The notes: generated by a model not told the origin, from the letters alone. A stretch of 64,000 bases of DNA from Candidatus Latescibacterota bacterium (GCA_965204725.1 OZ242005.1:2208001-2272000), one strand, 5' to 3'. Numbered from the stretch's first letter, positions 54,750-64,000 are shown. Program-made: numbers and translations.

Positions 54750-55805
54750 TCAGCGGCCAAACACATACAACGTCCGCTTCTCGGTAGCCACCACGACCTC
54801 GTCTCCCAACGCCACCGGCGCTAAAACCGGCCCGTCCAAGCGGTATTTCCACAACAGGTGGCCGTCTTGGAGATCCACGGCGTAGAGGTAGCCGTCGCTG
54901 GAAGCACTGTATGCGGTGTGATCCGTGGCGGCCGGACTGCTTCGCACCACGCCTCCGGTGGCAAACGTCCACCGCACGGCTCCGGTGGCCGCGTCTAGCC
55001 CGTATAAGTAGCGGTCGGCGCAACCGACCACCAACACGCCAGCGGCCAGCGCTAACTCCGCAGTCGGCAGCGCACCCAAGGCTCGCTCCCACACCACCCG
55101 GCCAGAGTCGCGGCGCGCGGCTAATACCCGACCAGAGGCCGTCGCCGTCACCACGCGGTCGCCGGCCGGTACGGGCCGCGAGCGCACGGCTTCCCCCAAG
55201 CTAGTGCGCCAGCGCTCGTTACCCGTAGCCGCGCTCAGGGCAACCAAATCCCCGGCCGCGGTCCCGGCAACCGCGAGCTCGCCGCTCAGCAACAGCCCGG
55301 TCCGCGATAGCCCGCCCAATTCGGCGCGCCACAGCATAAGCCCGTCGGCCATGCGCAACGCCTGAACCGCGCCTTCGTCATCCACCGCAATCAGGGTATC
55401 GCCGCGCACGACCGGCACCTGACAAAACGCCCCCTCATGCCGCCAACGCTCAACGACGGTCCGCCGGTCCAAGACCCGCAAACTAGGCTTGCGGCCCAGC
55501 ACCCCCAGCGCGTATAGCTCCCCAGCCAACTGCCCGGGGGCACACGCCATCTTGTCGTAGCCGTGCTTGCCCAACAAGGTGCCGTTGCCCCGCGCCAGCG
55601 CGTAGAGGGTGGGCGAGGTAGTCAGTTGGAGGATCAGGTCGCCGGCAAAGAGCGCCCTCCCCAGCGGCGAGCCATCCATTTTGTGCGTCCACAAAAGTTG
55701 CAGCGGCGGCTCAACCCCCATCGCGCCGTGCCTCGGCTCGCCGAGGTAGAGCACCTTTTCGCCACAGGCCGTCAAGAGGCAGAAGCCGAGCAGGGCGTAG
55801 CGCAT
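54750..55805 (-). CDS. PQQ-like beta-propeller lipoprotein (BamB-like)
   Basis: LTAC lipobox; repeated A.D..TG..RW blades. Confidence 0.85.
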   Translation of the reverse strand: MRYALLGFCLLTACGEKVLYLGEPRHGAMGVEPPLQLLWTHKMDGSPLGRALFAGDLILQLTTSPTLYALARGNGTLLGKHGYDKMACAPGQLAGELYALGVLGRKPSLRVLDRRTVVERWRHEGAFCQVPVVRGDTLIAVDDEGAVQALRMADGLMLWRAELGGLSRTGLLLSGELAVAGTAAGDLVALSAATGNERWRTSLGEAVRSRPVPAGDRVVTATASGRVLAARRDSGRVVWERALGALPTAELALAAGVLVVGCADRYLYGLDAATGAVRWTFATGGVVRSSPAATDHTAYSASSDGYLYAVDLQDGHLLWKYRLDGPVLAPVALGDEVVVATEKRTLYVFGR

Positions 55806-55812
55806 CGAATAC

Positions 55813-58605
55813 CTAATAGTCCCAGCCAAAGAAGAAGTCCCAGCGCGTGTCGTCGTCTATGGACTTGAAGTCCGTGCGCCGCGCCGCATCCAAGCGAAAG
55901 ACAAAAACCCCGCCCAAGGCCAAGCGCACCCCCGCGCCAAACGCCGCACGCCATTGCTCAAAGTCGTCGTTCCACGCATTGCCCACATCGAAAAAGAGCG
56001 CGCCCCGAAAGGCACTGAACTCCATGGCTCCGAATGGAAAGTGGAGCAGAAACCGATCGACCAAGGGAAAGCGCAACTCTTGGTTGTACAACACCATCTT
56101 GCTGCCCCACAGCGAGCGCCAGCTATAGCCCCGCAACGTCCAACTACCCCCCAAGGAGAAAAACTCAGGCACTGCGCCGGTGGACCGCCGGCCCATCAGG
56201 CGCACGGCCAACGCGCTGCGCTGGGAGAAGCGGAAGTAGTGCCGGTAGTCGCCAAAGAGCGTGATATTGAACCGCCGCGAGGTCTTAAAGTCAACGGTCT
56301 GCGCCAGCCCAACGCTGTAGCGCCGGCCCTCCAGCGGCCCGGTCGGAATCCACAGGCTGCTGTCGTGGGTATAGCTGACGTAGTTGTTGGCCAGCCAGCC
56401 CGATAGCTTCCGCCCCTCGAATTGCCGGTCGATCTCAGCGCGGCGCAGCGAGAGCCGGGTATCGATGCGGTCGTGTTGGGAAAAGGGATAGCTCAACCCA
56501 ATGTGGGCCCCCACGCGCTTTTCGCGCACGAACCGGCCAAAGCGGCTCGAAAAGCGGTCGTTGAGCCGGAACAGGCCCCAATACACGTTGAGCCGCTGAC
56601 CGAGGTGCAGGCGCGACAAGGCCACGTTTAGGCCATCGAAGAAGCCCGAGCGGCTGGCGGCAATGTGCGAAAGCACGAAGTGGTACTGGTCGTTGCCGAG
56701 CACATCGGTCAGGGCCACTTGGATGCCGCCTGAGGTGCCAAATTCCGGGTCCTGCGAGATCTGACCTTGGGCTATGTCAAAGCTCATCTTGCGCTCGTAA
56801 GGCTGACTGGCGACCTCGCTCTGGGCATGTAGGCTCGCCAGCGACCACGGCTCGGCCGGTGCTTCCTCCACGCGCTGATAGCTGACCTGCGCGCTGTCGG
56901 CCCAATCCACGGCGAGCTCGTAGATCTGGAAGCCTCCTCTCTCATAGCCAGAAAAGAGCAGGTGCTGGCCGTCGGCCAACAGCACCGGATCAAACGCCCC
57001 GGTCAACACTTGGGTCAACTGCCGAGTCGCAGCGCGATCGCCGGCTAGCTGCAAGGCATAGATGTTGTACGCGCCAGCGCGGTCGGAGCTAAAGACGATG
57101 CGCTCGCCATCGGGAGACCAGCGCGGCTGCCCGTCGTTGTGCTCGCCGTGGCTGAGGGCCGCGATCTGGTCGGTCGCCAAATCGTACAGGAACAGGTTGT
57201 AGCGGCCGCGCCGCCCACCGGACCAGCGGTCGGAGCTAAAGACGATATGCCGACCGTCGGGCGACCAGTCGGGCTCGCGGTCGTGATACAGGTCGCGGCG
57301 CAAGGCGCGGAGGCTGTCGCCCGCTACATCGACCAGATACAGGTCGGTCCAGCCCCCTTCGTCGCTGCCAGCAAAGACCAGCCGCTGCCCGTCGGGTGCA
57401 AACGACGGCGACTCAATAGCGACGATCGCGGCAAACGACAAATCCCTCACCGCGCGCTTTTGTTCCACATCCCATATATACAGGTGATCGCGGCCCCGGC
57501 TCTTGGCGGCAAACGCCAGCCACTTGCCGTCGGGCGAGGCAGCCAGCCGCGTCGAGAGCGGGTGCAGGGACTCAAAGACCGGCAGACGCTCGCCTTCGAC
57601 CACGACCTCGGGCGCGCGGCCGTTGCGGTGGGCGCGGACGATCTGCGTATAGCCTTGATCGTTGCGGAAGTGATAGAATGCGCTGCTGTCTCCAGGGGCG
57701 ATTTCGGGCTTGATGTTAAAGCCGCGCTGCGTGCGGGCGGTGGCCAATTCGGATGGCGGATCGCGGTCGGCAATCGCCGGCAGGTGGCGCTTGTGCAGGT
57801 GGTATTGCCAAGCCTGATCGAACTTCTCCAAGCTCTCGCCGGTCGTGACCGCAAAAATTTCGCCAAAGGTCTCGCCGCGCCACCAGTTGGCAAAGAGCTG
57901 CTCAAACACGTCGGGGCCGTGCCGCGCCGCCATGAAGTGGCAAATCGACTCGCCTTCCTTGTACATCTGATAGGTGCCGTAGATGCGGTACATCTCGGCG
58001 ATGGACACCAGCCGCCGCGCAAAGAGCGCGTCGCGCACCACCATGTCGCCGAAGCTGGTGCGCTCGCTCGACCAGTACTCGGCCAGCCCTTCGGAAAACC
58101 ACAGCGGCGCCGGGCGGAAGTCCAACACCCCGTGCCGCGCCAGCACCCGGGCGATGCGGTCAAACGCGAAGACGTGGACCAACTCGTGGTGCAGCACCCG
58201 CTCGAATTCGGGCAGGGAGCCGCTCAGCGGCAGCGCGACCCGCCCCTTGAGGTATTCGGTGAAACCCGCGACCCCCTCGGGCAGGATATTGGGGATGATA
58301 TTGGTTTGTTCAAAGTAGATGTGCGAGGAGTAGATCACCAGCGGCACCCGCCGCTGCACGGTGTGGGCGAACTTCTTTTCCAAGTCGGCGAACTGGCGCT
58401 CGGCCATTTGCGCGGCATACGCGGCCAGTTCGGCCTCTTCGGCAAAGAAGTACACGTCAAAGTGCGCGGTCTCCATTTTCCGCCACGCAAATTCCGCGTA
58501 CTGCACCTTGTTTTGGCCAAAGCCTTGGCCGGCGGCCGCCGAGGCCACGAGCAGCCAACCGAACGCGACATATACCCAGCCGCGCATGACAACCCGCTCT
58601 ACCAC
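55813..58605 (-). CDS. Omp85/BamA-TamA family outer-membrane protein with N-terminal zincin-like and PD40 domains
   Basis: FGQNKVQY, HHELVH...EGLAEY, WSPDG repeats, LRGY and a C-terminal barrel ending FFFGWDY. Confidence 0.85.
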   Translation of the reverse strand: MVERVVMRGWVYVAFGWLLVASAAAGQGFGQNKVQYAEFAWRKMETAHFDVYFFAEEAELAAYAAQMAERQFADLEKKFAHTVQRRVPLVIYSSHIYFEQTNIIPNILPEGVAGFTEYLKGRVALPLSGSLPEFERVLHHELVHVFAFDRIARVLARHGVLDFRPAPLWFSEGLAEYWSSERTSFGDMVVRDALFARRLVSIAEMYRIYGTYQMYKEGESICHFMAARHGPDVFEQLFANWWRGETFGEIFAVTTGESLEKFDQAWQYHLHKRHLPAIADRDPPSELATARTQRGFNIKPEIAPGDSSAFYHFRNDQGYTQIVRAHRNGRAPEVVVEGERLPVFESLHPLSTRLAASPDGKWLAFAAKSRGRDHLYIWDVEQKRAVRDLSFAAIVAIESPSFAPDGQRLVFAGSDEGGWTDLYLVDVAGDSLRALRRDLYHDREPDWSPDGRHIVFSSDRWSGGRRGRYNLFLYDLATDQIAALSHGEHNDGQPRWSPDGERIVFSSDRAGAYNIYALQLAGDRAATRQLTQVLTGAFDPVLLADGQHLLFSGYERGGFQIYELAVDWADSAQVSYQRVEEAPAEPWSLASLHAQSEVASQPYERKMSFDIAQGQISQDPEFGTSGGIQVALTDVLGNDQYHFVLSHIAASRSGFFDGLNVALSRLHLGQRLNVYWGLFRLNDRFSSRFGRFVREKRVGAHIGLSYPFSQHDRIDTRLSLRRAEIDRQFEGRKLSGWLANNYVSYTHDSSLWIPTGPLEGRRYSVGLAQTVDFKTSRRFNITLFGDYRHYFRFSQRSALAVRLMGRRSTGAVPEFFSLGGSWTLRGYSWRSLWGSKMVLYNQELRFPLVDRFLLHFPFGAMEFSAFRGALFFDVGNAWNDDFEQWRAAFGAGVRLALGGVFVFRLDAARRTDFKSIDDDTRWDFFFGWDY

Positions 58606-58612
58606 GCGCCGC

Positions 58613-59482
58613 TCAGTGCAGGGCGCGCAGAAACGACGGGCTGAGCACGCCGCGCGCCACTTCGGCGACCGGCCCCTTCATCGTCAGGTCGTAGCGCGCG
58701 TCCACGTCGATGTGCAAGGTTCCGCCCGGGGCCTTAACCGCAACCGGACTTTTGACCAAGTCCAGCCGCACGGCCGCACTCGCGGCCGCACACGCCGACG
58801 ACCCCGACGCCTGCGTGGGGCCGGCACCGCGCTCCCAGATCAGGATATAGATCGCGTGGGGGCCCACAGGCACGGCGAGTTGGACATTGGTGCGCCGGGG
58901 GAAGAGCGGGTGATTTTCCAGTGCCGGGCCTAAAGAGCGCAACTCGTCCTCGGTCCACTGCGCGCCCTGCTCGCGGAAGACGATGCAATGGGGGTTGCCA
59001 ACGCTGACGCCGGTAAAGGTCAAGGGCTGCCCATGGACGTCAATCGGCTGCTCAACGAGCTCTTCGGCCTCCAAGGTGCAGGGCAAGGCGTGCGGCGCGA
59101 ATGTGGCGCGGCCCATGGCCACTGTGGCCGTGCTGGCGTCGCCATGCTCGTCAAGGTGCAACTCGACGCGCACTAGGCCGCCCTCCGTATCGACGGTGAA
59201 CTGCTGCTTTTGCACTTGCCCGGTCGCGTGTAGATAGCGGGCGAATATCCGCAGACCATTGCCCGACTTTTCCGCCTCGCTGCCATCGGGGTTGTAGATC
59301 CGCAGGCCAAAGTCGGCTTTTTGCGACGGCGCCAGCGCGAGAATGCCGTCGCTGCCCACGCCCCAATGGCGGTCGCAAATCGCCCGGATATTGTCCGGCG
59401 TCAACTCAAAGCTGAGCGCGGCCGGATCGACAGCCAAGTAGTCGTTGCCGAGGCCGTGTCCCTTGAAAAATTCGTTGTCCAT
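58613..59482 (-). CDS. dapF: Diaminopimelate epimerase
   Basis: KGHGLGNDY, NPDGSEAEKSGNG, GNPH and ERG motifs; Ser appears in place of both canonical Cys. Confidence 0.85.
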   Translation of the reverse strand: MDNEFFKGHGLGNDYLAVDPAALSFELTPDNIRAICDRHWGVGSDGILALAPSQKADFGLRIYNPDGSEAEKSGNGLRIFARYLHATGQVQKQQFTVDTEGGLVRVELHLDEHGDASTATVAMGRATFAPHALPCTLEAEELVEQPIDVHGQPLTFTGVSVGNPHCIVFREQGAQWTEDELRSLGPALENHPLFPRRTNVQLAVPVGPHAIYILIWERGAGPTQASGSSACAAASAAVRLDLVKSPVAVKAPGGTLHIDVDARYDLTMKGPVAEVARGVLSPSFLRALH

Positions 59483-59579
59483 AGATGCCCTTTTTCGTTG
59501 CTAGTCCAAAACTTAGGCCCCTACTCAGGCAGGGTCAAACGGAGTTGCTGAGGGGCTGCCAGCCGGTATATTAGCCATC

Positions 59580-60386
59580 ATGTTGTGCTTCGTCGTCGCC
59601 TTGGCCGCCGAGGCTCGCCCCTTGTTAGCGCACTACCGGCTGCGAGCCTTAGAGGGACACCATCCCTATCGCATGTACGAGGCCGAGCAGACGCGCCTGA
59701 TAGTCTCCGGCGTCGGCAAAGTGGCCGCGGCGGCGGCCGCCGCGTATTTGCGCGCCCTGATTGGGGCGGCACCAGCGGCTTGGCTCAATATCGGCGTCGC
59801 CGGCCACGGTCGCCAAGCGGTGGGCACACCCCTGCTCGTCCACAAGGTCGTCGATGCGGCCAGCGGCCAGCCCTTTTACCCCGCCTTCACCGCGCCCCCA
59901 TCTTGCCACACCACCTTGCTACACACCGTAGATCGCGCCCAGCCCGCCGCCGGCGACATCGCGTATGACATGGAGGCCAGCGGCTTTTGCGAGGCCGCGC
60001 AACGCTTTGCCACCAGCGAGCGGGTCCACTGCCTCAAGGTCGTCTCCGACAATCCGCAATCTCCCTATCAGACGCTCAACGCAGAGAAAGTGGCAGCCCT
60101 AATAGAAGCCCAACTCGATACAGTCGCCCACGTTGGCGAACACCTGCGAACACTCAGCCGGCAGCTCCACGCGCTCCACGCCGACCCGCCCGGCTTGGCC
60201 GAGCTAACCGCCCGCTGGCAATTTACCGCCACGCAAAAGCACCAGTTGCGCGGCTTGCTAGTGCGCTGGCAAACGCTCACCGGGGAACCGTTCAGCACCG
60301 CCGACGTCCTCGCCTTGCAAAGCCGCGATGAGGTCCTAGCCCATCTCAAGCAGCGGCTGACCGATGTGGAACTAATTTTGGCCTAG
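59580..60386 (+). CDS. Nucleoside phosphorylase (PNP/MTAN-fold) domain protein
   Basis: VALAAEA, SGVGK, NIGVAG, DMEA and KVVSD motifs. Confidence 0.8.
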   Translation: MLCFVVALAAEARPLLAHYRLRALEGHHPYRMYEAEQTRLIVSGVGKVAAAAAAAYLRALIGAAPAAWLNIGVAGHGRQAVGTPLLVHKVVDAASGQPFYPAFTAPPSCHTTLLHTVDRAQPAAGDIAYDMEASGFCEAAQRFATSERVHCLKVVSDNPQSPYQTLNAEKVAALIEAQLDTVAHVGEHLRTLSRQLHALHADPPGLAELTARWQFTATQKHQLRGLLVRWQTLTGEPFSTADVLALQSRDEVLAHLKQRLTDVELILA

Positions 60387-60483
60387 TGAGTATACCGTCG
60401 CGACCTAGGGACAACCACTCCTTGATCCTATCCTACGGCAGGAATTCTTGACCGGGTGCAAGCGATTCGATACTTTGGCGACC

Positions 60484-60585
60484 GTAAGAAGCGTTCTAAA
60501 ACTCCTGTTGCTTTTGGCTCGTCTTGCCTGACGACGCGAGGCGTCATTCCCGCGAAAGCGGGAATCCAGAAAAGGACCCAGCCCA
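60484..60585. repeat. Second copy of the ~110-bp REP-containing repeat
   Basis: gtaagaagcgttc...GTCATTCCCGCGAAAGCGGGAATCCA...aaggacc. Confidence 0.75.
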
Positions 60586-60616
60586 ATCAGAAACGGAAAC
60601 CCTAAGTGAAATCAGA

Positions 60617-61774
60617 ATGAATGGTTACAAAAGATATAATGCGCTAAGTCTTTTCTCTGGGGCCGGAGGAATGGATATAGGAGTACAGGATGCGGGATTC
60701 AACATTCTGGCACAGATAGAAACAGATGAACACTGCTGCAACACCCTACGTGCGGCAAGAGAACGCGAAAAAAGGGATACCAAAATTGTTGCGTCAGATA
60801 TTAGAAAAATTGATCCAGCCGAACTTCGCAAAGACCTGTATCTAGAGAAAGGCGAACTCGATCTTCTTTTTGGCGGCCCTCCGTGTCAATCTTTCTCCTT
60901 AGCAGGAAAGCAACTCGGCCTAAAGGACGAGAGAGGCATGTTATTATTCGAGATTGTTCGGTTTTCCAAAGAATTGGAACCAAAGGTGATTTTAGTTGAG
61001 CAAGTAAAAGGGCTTCTTTCATCAAAAGGATCCAAGCAGCGCAAAGGCGAAATTTTTGAAAAATTTTTAATCGCCTTAGAAAATGCTGGGTACTCTTCCA
61101 AGTGGAGAGTTATCTTAGCCGCAGATTACGGTGTACCTCAACTACGAGAGCGATTATTCGTGGTAGCCACCCTAGGGAAAAACGGCTTTTCCTTTCCAGA
61201 ACGAATATATGCCCCGCTAGAAGAATGTAATGGATTGTTTTCGTATAAACCTCACATCGGCATCGGTTCCGCAATTGAAAATTTAGGAATACCTTCACCG
61301 AAAATTAAGGGAACTACCTTCTATAACCGCGAGGACAGCCACGTCGATGTAACGCCAGCTAGGGACCGGGAACGCATCGCCCAAGTTCCCGAGGGGTCAT
61401 ATCTGGCCGCGCAACCTCATTTGGGCGAAAAACTGCTTAGAGGTCTTAAACCGAAAGATACCACAAAGTATTTAAGGCTGCATCGGGACAGGCCCGCTAA
61501 TACATTGCGCTGCGGAGAGATTTTCTATCATCCCGTCGAAGATAGGTATCTCACGCCGCGGGAATACATGAGAATTCACGGCTATCCCGATTCGTATATA
61601 CTAAAAGGCCCCATACGCAGCAGAACAGGTACCGTGAAAAACTTAGACCAGCATCGACAGGTTGCAAATTCGGTTCCACCCCCTCTCGCAAAGGCCCTAG
61701 CGAGCAAAATTTTCGATCACTTATGGAGATCGCTCTTCCGCAAGTCTCCATGCGGTAGCCTTAATAGGACATAG
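60617..61774 (+). CDS. DNA (cytosine-5)-methyltransferase, no obvious cognate REase adjacent
   Basis: LFSGAGG, GGPPCQSFS, EQV (ENV variant), QLRER and QVANSV motifs; start ATG 60617. Confidence 0.93.
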   Translation: MNGYKRYNALSLFSGAGGMDIGVQDAGFNILAQIETDEHCCNTLRAAREREKRDTKIVASDIRKIDPAELRKDLYLEKGELDLLFGGPPCQSFSLAGKQLGLKDERGMLLFEIVRFSKELEPKVILVEQVKGLLSSKGSKQRKGEIFEKFLIALENAGYSSKWRVILAADYGVPQLRERLFVVATLGKNGFSFPERIYAPLEECNGLFSYKPHIGIGSAIENLGIPSPKIKGTTFYNREDSHVDVTPARDRERIAQVPEGSYLAAQPHLGEKLLRGLKPKDTTKYLRLHRDRPANTLRCGEIFYHPVEDRYLTPREYMRIHGYPDSYILKGPIRSRTGTVKNLDQHRQVANSVPPPLAKALASKIFDHLWRSLFRKSPCGSLNRT

Positions 61775-61799
61775 CCGCCTCATGTCCGCTGTGCGGCAT

Positions 61800-61874
61800 T
61801 TATCCTTGCAAAGCCGCGACGCGGTGTTATTTTACCTTCGGAAGCGGCTAAACGCTGTAGAGTTGCTCTTGACC
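61800..61874 (+). pseudogene. Diverged duplicate of the 3' end of the phosphorylase-fold gene
   Basis: LSLQSRDAVLFYLRKRLNAVELLLT versus LALQSRDEVLAHLKQRLTDVELILA; shared ccttgcaaagccgcga. Confidence 0.7.
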
Positions 61875-61900
61875 AACGAGATTCAACGAGGGAAATCACA

Positions 61901-63271
61901 ATGAAGCTGACCATCAATAACTTTGGCCCACTGGACGACGCGACGATCCAAATCGGCGATTTTACCGTCCTCGCTGGCCCCAACAACACCGGCAAGAGCT
62001 TCGTGTCCAAATCTCTGTATTCGCTATTCGATGCCATAAACGCGAACCATGCACTAGTGGCATTTGAAGCCATGATACAACCGTTAGAAATGTTGTTGCC
62101 ATTTCTTGAAAAAGTTGGATATACGAGCGAAAAAATCTCGTTGTCCGCCCTGAGAAAAGAGAATCAAAAGGTGGAAGCTATCATCCACCAAACCCTTTCC
62201 GCTGATTTCCCTCAAACCGAGAGCGAAATCGGTAAAACTATAGAAATTCAGCCCCATCTAACCGAGGCTATTGATCGGCTAGTGGATAATTATTCAACAT
62301 TATTAAGAGAAATGCTAAGAAAACAAGAAAATCATTTCCCGGCTATTTCTCTAGATTTTCTCGACGAGTTAAAAGAAACATTCAGTGATGCTGAGCTCGT
62401 CACCAAATTCGGCTTACATGTTAAAGCTACCCAAAATATACAAGAAAATTTCCAAGTCCCTGATCCTTCATATCTAAAAAGAGAAAAATCCTCTCCTCTT
62501 CGCTTACACATTGAAGGAATCGGTGAATTTAAGGAAGAAAAAGAAGAGTATAGCTTCCGTCCATATCCCGGCGGCATTCAGAAACTGCGACAGCACTCTA
62601 GGGTACTCTATCTAGAATCTCCCATTTATTGGAAACTGAAGGAAGCTCTTGAAAGCCTAAGACTCAACCCACGGTTCTCTAGCAATAAAAAACAAATGAA
62701 CGGCGTTCCCGGTTATTTCTACGGTTTGGTCTCCGCCCTCCTCACGTCGTCTCCACATAACGACATCTTCTATCCACATAACTACATATCCCAAGACTTG
62801 GATGAACAGTTAGCCCAAGCGGTTGGTGGCAAAATAGTAATTTCCGACAACAATGAATTGCTATTCCAAGAGAACGGCAAGTCCTTTCCCTTGTCGCAAG
62901 TAGCCACGGGAGTCTCTAACCTTGGCTTTCTGGGCTTACTAATCGAGAAAGGAATTTTAGATAGAGGAACTTTTCTGTTTATCGACGAACCCGAAGCACA
63001 TCTGCACCCGGCTTGGCAGGTAATAATGGCAGAGATTCTCTTCGAGCTTGCTCGTCAAGGCGTCAAGGTCGTCATTGCTACCCATAGCGTGGACATCATA
63101 CAGTGGCTAGAAGTGCATATAAAGAAACATCCAGACGATGAGAAGATCGTCGCGCTAAATAAATTTCCGGTCAAGAACAGTGACGTCGATGAAGATTTTG
63201 AAACCAAGATAGCAAAAATTAGCGAAGAATTAACCACGCCCTTCTCCGATCTTTACATAGAGGGAATATAG
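61901..63271 (+). CDS. AAA_15/AbiEii-like ABC ATPase, putative defence
   Basis: GPNNTGKS, VATG, FIDEPEAHLHP and ATHS motifs. Confidence 0.9.
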   Translation: MKLTINNFGPLDDATIQIGDFTVLAGPNNTGKSFVSKSLYSLFDAINANHALVAFEAMIQPLEMLLPFLEKVGYTSEKISLSALRKENQKVEAIIHQTLSADFPQTESEIGKTIEIQPHLTEAIDRLVDNYSTLLREMLRKQENHFPAISLDFLDELKETFSDAELVTKFGLHVKATQNIQENFQVPDPSYLKREKSSPLRLHIEGIGEFKEEKEEYSFRPYPGGIQKLRQHSRVLYLESPIYWKLKEALESLRLNPRFSSNKKQMNGVPGYFYGLVSALLTSSPHNDIFYPHNYISQDLDEQLAQAVGGKIVISDNNELLFQENGKSFPLSQVATGVSNLGFLGLLIEKGILDRGTFLFIDEPEAHLHPAWQVIMAEILFELARQGVKVVIATHSVDIIQWLEVHIKKHPDDEKIVALNKFPVKNSDVDEDFETKIAKISEELTTPFSDLYIEGI

Positions 63272-63383
63272 CAATCCTACATCCTTCAAGACTGGACTCC
63301 CGCTTTCGCGGGAATGACGCCTCAGAGATAAAAAAGACCGTGCCGATCAACATTCCATGCTTTCGAGTCATTTAGGATGGCTA
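63269..63383. mobile_element. 115-bp MITE with TA target duplication (IS630-like) carrying a REP palindrome
   Basis: TIRs TAGCAATCCTA / TAGGATGGCTA (1 mismatch); TA at 63267-68 and 63384-85; internal tggactcccgctttcgcgggaatgac. Confidence 0.7.
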
Positions 63384-63384
63384 T

Positions 63385-63942
63385 ATGACCACACTCGCCG
63401 ACTTTCTGGAACCCATCAAGGTTGCCGGTACGCCGCTCGCCGAAAGCTGCAAAGGATACCTCATGGATGGCACATCGCCAGGACCTGATATGAGAAAAAC
63501 TGTCGGTTTAGGAACTTGTAATTGCTGTGACTACCTTACCATCAAGGACGACACTGTCGTCTTGATAGAAGAGACTCAACTCATGGAAATGATCAAAAAT
63601 TTGAAAAGCGAATACCAATACCTCTCAGAAGACGACAAAAATAAGTTTGTCGATAAGTATATCCTGCAAGAAAACAAGCTGAAAGTTTATGGATCAATAC
63701 TCGTACTCTGCCGCTTGGATACTGCATGTAACGATGCAAAAATTCTCCGCAAAAAAAGATACGATTTTTGGCTCGTCGTCAGTGGCGTATATAAAAAGAA
63801 GGATTCTAGACTGTTTTCTACTCTAAAGAGCCGTTTATCAGATCTCTTGAGAAGTTCTCTGGGAAAAATGATGAATGCTGTCGAAGTCATACCGGCCGAT
63901 GAGCTAGCGACCAAACTAGCAGCCAATACAAGCACTCCTTGA
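63385..63942 (+). CDS. Hypothetical partner of the ATPase, possible PD-(D/E)XK-like nuclease
   Basis: CDYL...VVLIEE...ENKLK..GS; AT-rich. Confidence 0.6.
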   Translation: MTTLADFLEPIKVAGTPLAESCKGYLMDGTSPGPDMRKTVGLGTCNCCDYLTIKDDTVVLIEETQLMEMIKNLKSEYQYLSEDDKNKFVDKYILQENKLKVYGSILVLCRLDTACNDAKILRKKRYDFWLVVSGVYKKKDSRLFSTLKSRLSDLLRSSLGKMMNAVEVIPADELATKLAANTSTP

Positions 63943-63963
63943 ACCGGCTGACGGCATAGAGCC

Positions 63964-64000
63964 ATGTTCGACTTCATCTACGCCGAAAATTCCATCCGCG
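63964..64000 (+). CDS. Start of a gene running off the window (MFDFIYAENSIR...)
   Basis: ATG at 63964, frame open to the window end; too short to identify. Confidence 0.35.
   Translation, partial: MFDFIYAENSIR

Noticed and set aside
60387-60483. Possible decayed 5' fragment of the gene starting at 63964
   Set aside because: Only vague similarity, and the comparison gene is cut off by the window end.
1-64000. CRISPR array, tRNA or rRNA genes
   Set aside because: No regularly spaced repeat-spacer series or recognisable tRNA/rRNA seen by eye; tRNAscan and cmscan were not run.

Overview
GC-rich bacterial window. An FCB-like lineage such as Latescibacterota/Gemmatimonadota is inferred from FlgD/T9SS-type C-terminal domains, a TWGRIK tail motif and the yicC-coaBC-udg-dnaB order. 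1-16 kb: catabolic enzymes (class III aminotransferase, GH127, enolase superfamily, DRE-TIM, class V aminotransferase, M20), a Type II C5 R-M pair, a Rieske/cytochrome b/octaheme HAO-like operon, MscS and BrnTA. 16-33.6 kb: a defence island with an AAA ATPase+DUF4276 pair and three tandem helicase-less Type ISP/IIG-like REase-MTase genes whose specificity segments are mosaics (A1B1, A2B2, A1B2). The island also holds a SPARTA system (TIR-APAZ + short pAgo) whose TIR-APAZ is split by an 844-bp IS5-family element, and several decayed toxin-antitoxin genes. 38.8-45.2 kb: two sigma54 promoters share a ~140-nt leader with compensatory base changes, upstream of an 8-Cys secreted peptide, two FG-GAP/FlgD paralogues and a TolB-like protein. 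46-60 kb: core genes (obgE, dnaB, udg, coaBC, archaeal-type cmk, yicC, BamA/BamB-like, dapF). 60.5-64 kb: an orphan C5 MTase, an AAA ATPase and a putative nuclease separated by a 115-bp MITE. Several accessory cassettes are bordered by diverged duplicate fragments of neighbouring genes. All calls come from reading the sequence; no database searches were run.
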